Shown here in pieces: positions 16,041 through 18,159 of a stretch of 18,159 bases of DNA. The translations under genes were made by a program, and so were the position numbers. The DNA is from an uncultured archaeon (GTDB lineage Archaea > Asgardarchaeota > Heimdallarchaeia > Heimdallarchaeales > Heimdallarchaeaceae), in NCBI GenBank assembly GCA_964534625.1, contig CAZHRF010000051.1:1-18159 (forward strand). Reading direction: 5' to 3'. Below the pieces are notes generated by a model that was not told the origin of the DNA, did not search any database, and saw only the letters and a list, made by a program, of their open reading frames with translations. Positions within the stretch are counted from its first letter, which is position 1, and each line of letters begins with the position of its first letter.

Positions 16041-17024
16041 TTAGAGCACATCTTCATATACTCTTCTTCTTACGGAGAAAAGACAGGGACTGAAGTATTT
16101 TAACCAAAACTCTTTCGCTAAGATATTGGCAGATTCGAAATCAACATGAATATGATTGATGTTGTGTTTTTTAGCCCAAGTAACACAACGAGAAAGCAAA
16201 ACTTTTCCTATCCCTTTACTTCTGAATTCAGGGAGGACAAAAGCACCCATTTGGTCTATTGATGAGGTGGTATTGTCTAAAAGCATTGAAAAGTCTGGTT
16301 GAGCTACCTTGCGGATATTCATGAAACCAGCCAAAGTAGATTTGACAAAAGCTAAATAAAGTTGGGAAGAAGAAAGTATAGAATCGTAATAAGAAGGAGG
16401 AGAAGACACATTCCTATCTCCCAGAAATATAGGAGAAGTTGAATAATACGCGGTGTTTATCTTATCTATCTCCATTAAACTTTCAATATCACTTTTTTCA
16501 GCTAATCTAATAGTAATTTGAGAGAGTAGGTCATTATTTAGAGGGATAGCGCTTACATCTCTGAAAGCATCAATAACGATCATGCCAAAACCCAATTCAT
16601 AATAAAGGGTATACAAGAGGGTATCATCAGCAAAATAGGTCATTATGTGAGATAAAATGCTATTCTCTACAAGTTTTTGAGCTATATGTTGATAAAGTAG
16701 ATGATAAATTTTTTTTCTATATTTCTTTAATGTAGAATGGCCCATTATTGGACAAATAGCCGTTTTTTCTCCGTGGAAAACAAAATCTGAAAAAAACATA
16801 TAACCAACTATTTTTCCATTATGTTTAGCAATAGCACAATAAGGAGAATTCAACAGTTTAGTAAGAGCTGTAGTAAAAATATGCTTGTTAATAACAAAAC
16901 TACTAGGAAGACAATGTACCGCCTGTTGTTGATCTAAAAACTGCTCTTTCCACAATCGAAAAAGAGCATCAATTGTTTCTTCATTTAAAGAAGCAAAGGT
17001 AGTACGAGTAATAGTAAAATTCAT
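16041..17024 (-). CDS. Tandem GNAT-family N-acetyltransferase
   Basis: C-domain acetyl-CoA motif 'AFVLPEFRSKGIGKVLL' and 'IHVDFESANILAKEFW'. The N-domain is GNAT-like ('AIAKHNGKIVGYM', 'LYYELGFG'). Confidence 0.88.
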   Translation of the reverse strand: MNFTITRTTFASLNEETIDALFRLWKEQFLDQQQAVHCLPSSFVINKHIFTTALTKLLNSPYCAIAKHNGKIVGYMFFSDFVFHGEKTAICPIMGHSTLKKYRKKIYHLLYQHIAQKLVENSILSHIMTYFADDTLLYTLYYELGFGMIVIDAFRDVSAIPLNNDLLSQITIRLAEKSDIESLMEIDKINTAYYSTSPIFLGDRNVSSPPSYYDSILSSSQLYLAFVKSTLAGFMNIRKVAQPDFSMLLDNTTSSIDQMGAFVLPEFRSKGIGKVLLSRCVTWAKKHNINHIHVDFESANILAKEFWLKYFSPCLFSVRRRVYEDVL

Positions 17025-17290
17025 TGAAAGACAAGAAAAGTGCGAAAAGGAGTTTATAAATATAACTTACAAGAGCTTTTCGATCAACTTGATAAGCTTG
17101 AAAAATGATACTGAGTATAGAGATTAGATAGAAATTCTTATCTGGATTAAAGTATTGGAAATAAAGAATTAAATTATGAGGATAGCTTATTCGAAAGATA
17201 GATTGGTACTACAAGAATTTAAGAATTCAAGAAGCAAAGAAATAGAAGAAAAGAATTGAAAAGAATTCTTAGGATAGAAAATACCTTTTT

Positions 17291-18159
17291 TTATGGTCTT
17301 TTTTTGGTTTTATGTTTATACTTGATAGATCCTGCTATTAATACTGAAACTCCAATGAAAATTATCGATGTAAATGAAGAAGGTTCAAGGTCAGTAGTAG
17401 ATCCATTATTGGGGTTTTCATCATCATCATCATCTTCTATGGCGTACGGTAAAGGATAAAGGTCTTCACTATTAGCAGAACCATCAATAGGATAGGATCC
17501 CTCGCCTGACCAATCAGACCAGTAATTACCATATTGCAGCTGTTCATTATACCAAAAATTGTTAGTCCCATTATCAAAAGCTTGAGAAGAAGAACCATCT
17601 CCATTAGTAATAAAAGAATTGAAATAGATGCGATTGTTGTAGGAATGAGCACTAATATCGACTCCATATCCTCGATTATCGCGTATAGTATTGTTCATAA
17701 TAGTATTATCAGAACTTTCAAAAATATATACCCCATTATAATTCTTTTTTAATGTGTTATGAGAAATGAGAGTATTAGTAGAATTGTATATAATAGATAT
17801 GCCATCATAATTACCAGTAATAATATTGTGCATAACAACAGTTGAATTAGCACCAGCATAGATAACTAATCCATCATAATTATCTGTTATACTATTGTTA
17901 CTAATGGTCGTATTAAAACTAGAACATACTATGCCATACCAATTAGTGTTATTGCTGATCTCATTCTGTGTTACAATTGCATGAGAACTGTCAGAAAGAG
18001 AGAGACCATAAGCATTACGGATAAGAGCATTATAAGAAAATGTTATATTAGGACTATCGGAAATATAAACTCCACCCCATGTGTTTGTTGATATTGTGTT
18101 ATGAGATATAGATGTATTGCCAGAATTATAACTGATATAAATACCATGATCATTGTTGT
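17291..18159 (-). CDS. Membrane-anchored NosD-like parallel beta-helix surface protein, 5'-truncated by the window edge
   Basis: The frame is open from the window end to the stop at 17291. The extension beyond the track's 17833 start reads NNDHGIYISYNSGNTSISHNTISTNTWGGVYISDSPNITF... Also 'FNSFITN..SQAFDNG..N.W....GNYWSDW.G...DLYPL', an acidic linker, a TM helix and a KYKHKTKKRP tail. Confidence 0.9.
   Translation of the reverse strand, partial: NNDHGIYISYNSGNTSISHNTISTNTWGGVYISDSPNITFSYNALIRNAYGLSLSDSSHAIVTQNEISNNTNWYGIVCSSFNTTISNNSITDNYDGLVIYAGANSTVVMHNIITGNYDGISIIYNSTNTLISHNTLKKNYNGVYIFESSDNTIMNNTIRDNRGYGVDISAHSYNNRIYFNSFITNGDGSSSQAFDNGTNNFWYNEQLQYGNYWSDWSGEGSYPIDGSANSEDLYPLPYAIEDDDDDENPNNGSTTDLEPSSFTSIIFIGVSVLIAGSIKYKHKTKKRP
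17418..17434 (-). repeat. (GAT)5 microsatellite encoding a poly-Asp linker
   Basis: TCA x5 on the plus strand, encoding EDDDDDE in the stalk before the TM anchor. Confidence 0.75.

Noticed and set aside
1-18159. CRISPR array, tRNA, rRNA or intact transposase/integrase
   Set aside because: No regularly spaced repeats, cloverleaf/T-loop motifs, rRNA-like GC-rich tracts or recombinase ORFs were seen.

Overview
AT-rich window (roughly one-third GC by eye) that looks archaeal, most likely Asgard/Heimdallarchaeia-like. This is an inference from TATA-like boxes, GGAGG/AGGTGA ribosome-binding sites, 'GNYWSD' NosD-type beta-helix surface proteins with TM+Lys tails, an archaeal single-OB SSB and a Rab-type G-domain. 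It holds 14 credible CDSs: a 905-aa beta-helix/Ig surface glycoprotein, a LamG-like surface protein, a 4-gene ABC-2 exporter/membrane protein/wHTH operon, a tandem metallophosphoesterase, a triple-BON protein, SSB, an amidase, a ribbon-helix-helix regulator, a Rab-like protein, a polylysine membrane protein, a tandem GNAT and a second beta-helix protein running off the right edge. The most striking item is 13615..14589. It aligns gap-free to Rab1 over about 83 aa and keeps most RabF motifs but has lost the G1/G3/G4/G5 nucleotide-binding motifs (a 'pseudo-Rab'), and it is fused to a domain resembling the C-terminus of bacterial DUF4132 proteins. Other notable items are a phased TTGCAA operator array at the ABC operon promoter, a degenerate second phosphoesterase domain, an orphan IS200/IS605-like right-end hairpin and a 137-nt inverted-repeat-bounded element. 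No rRNA, tRNA or CRISPR array was seen. All family assignments come from motif recognition, not database searches.
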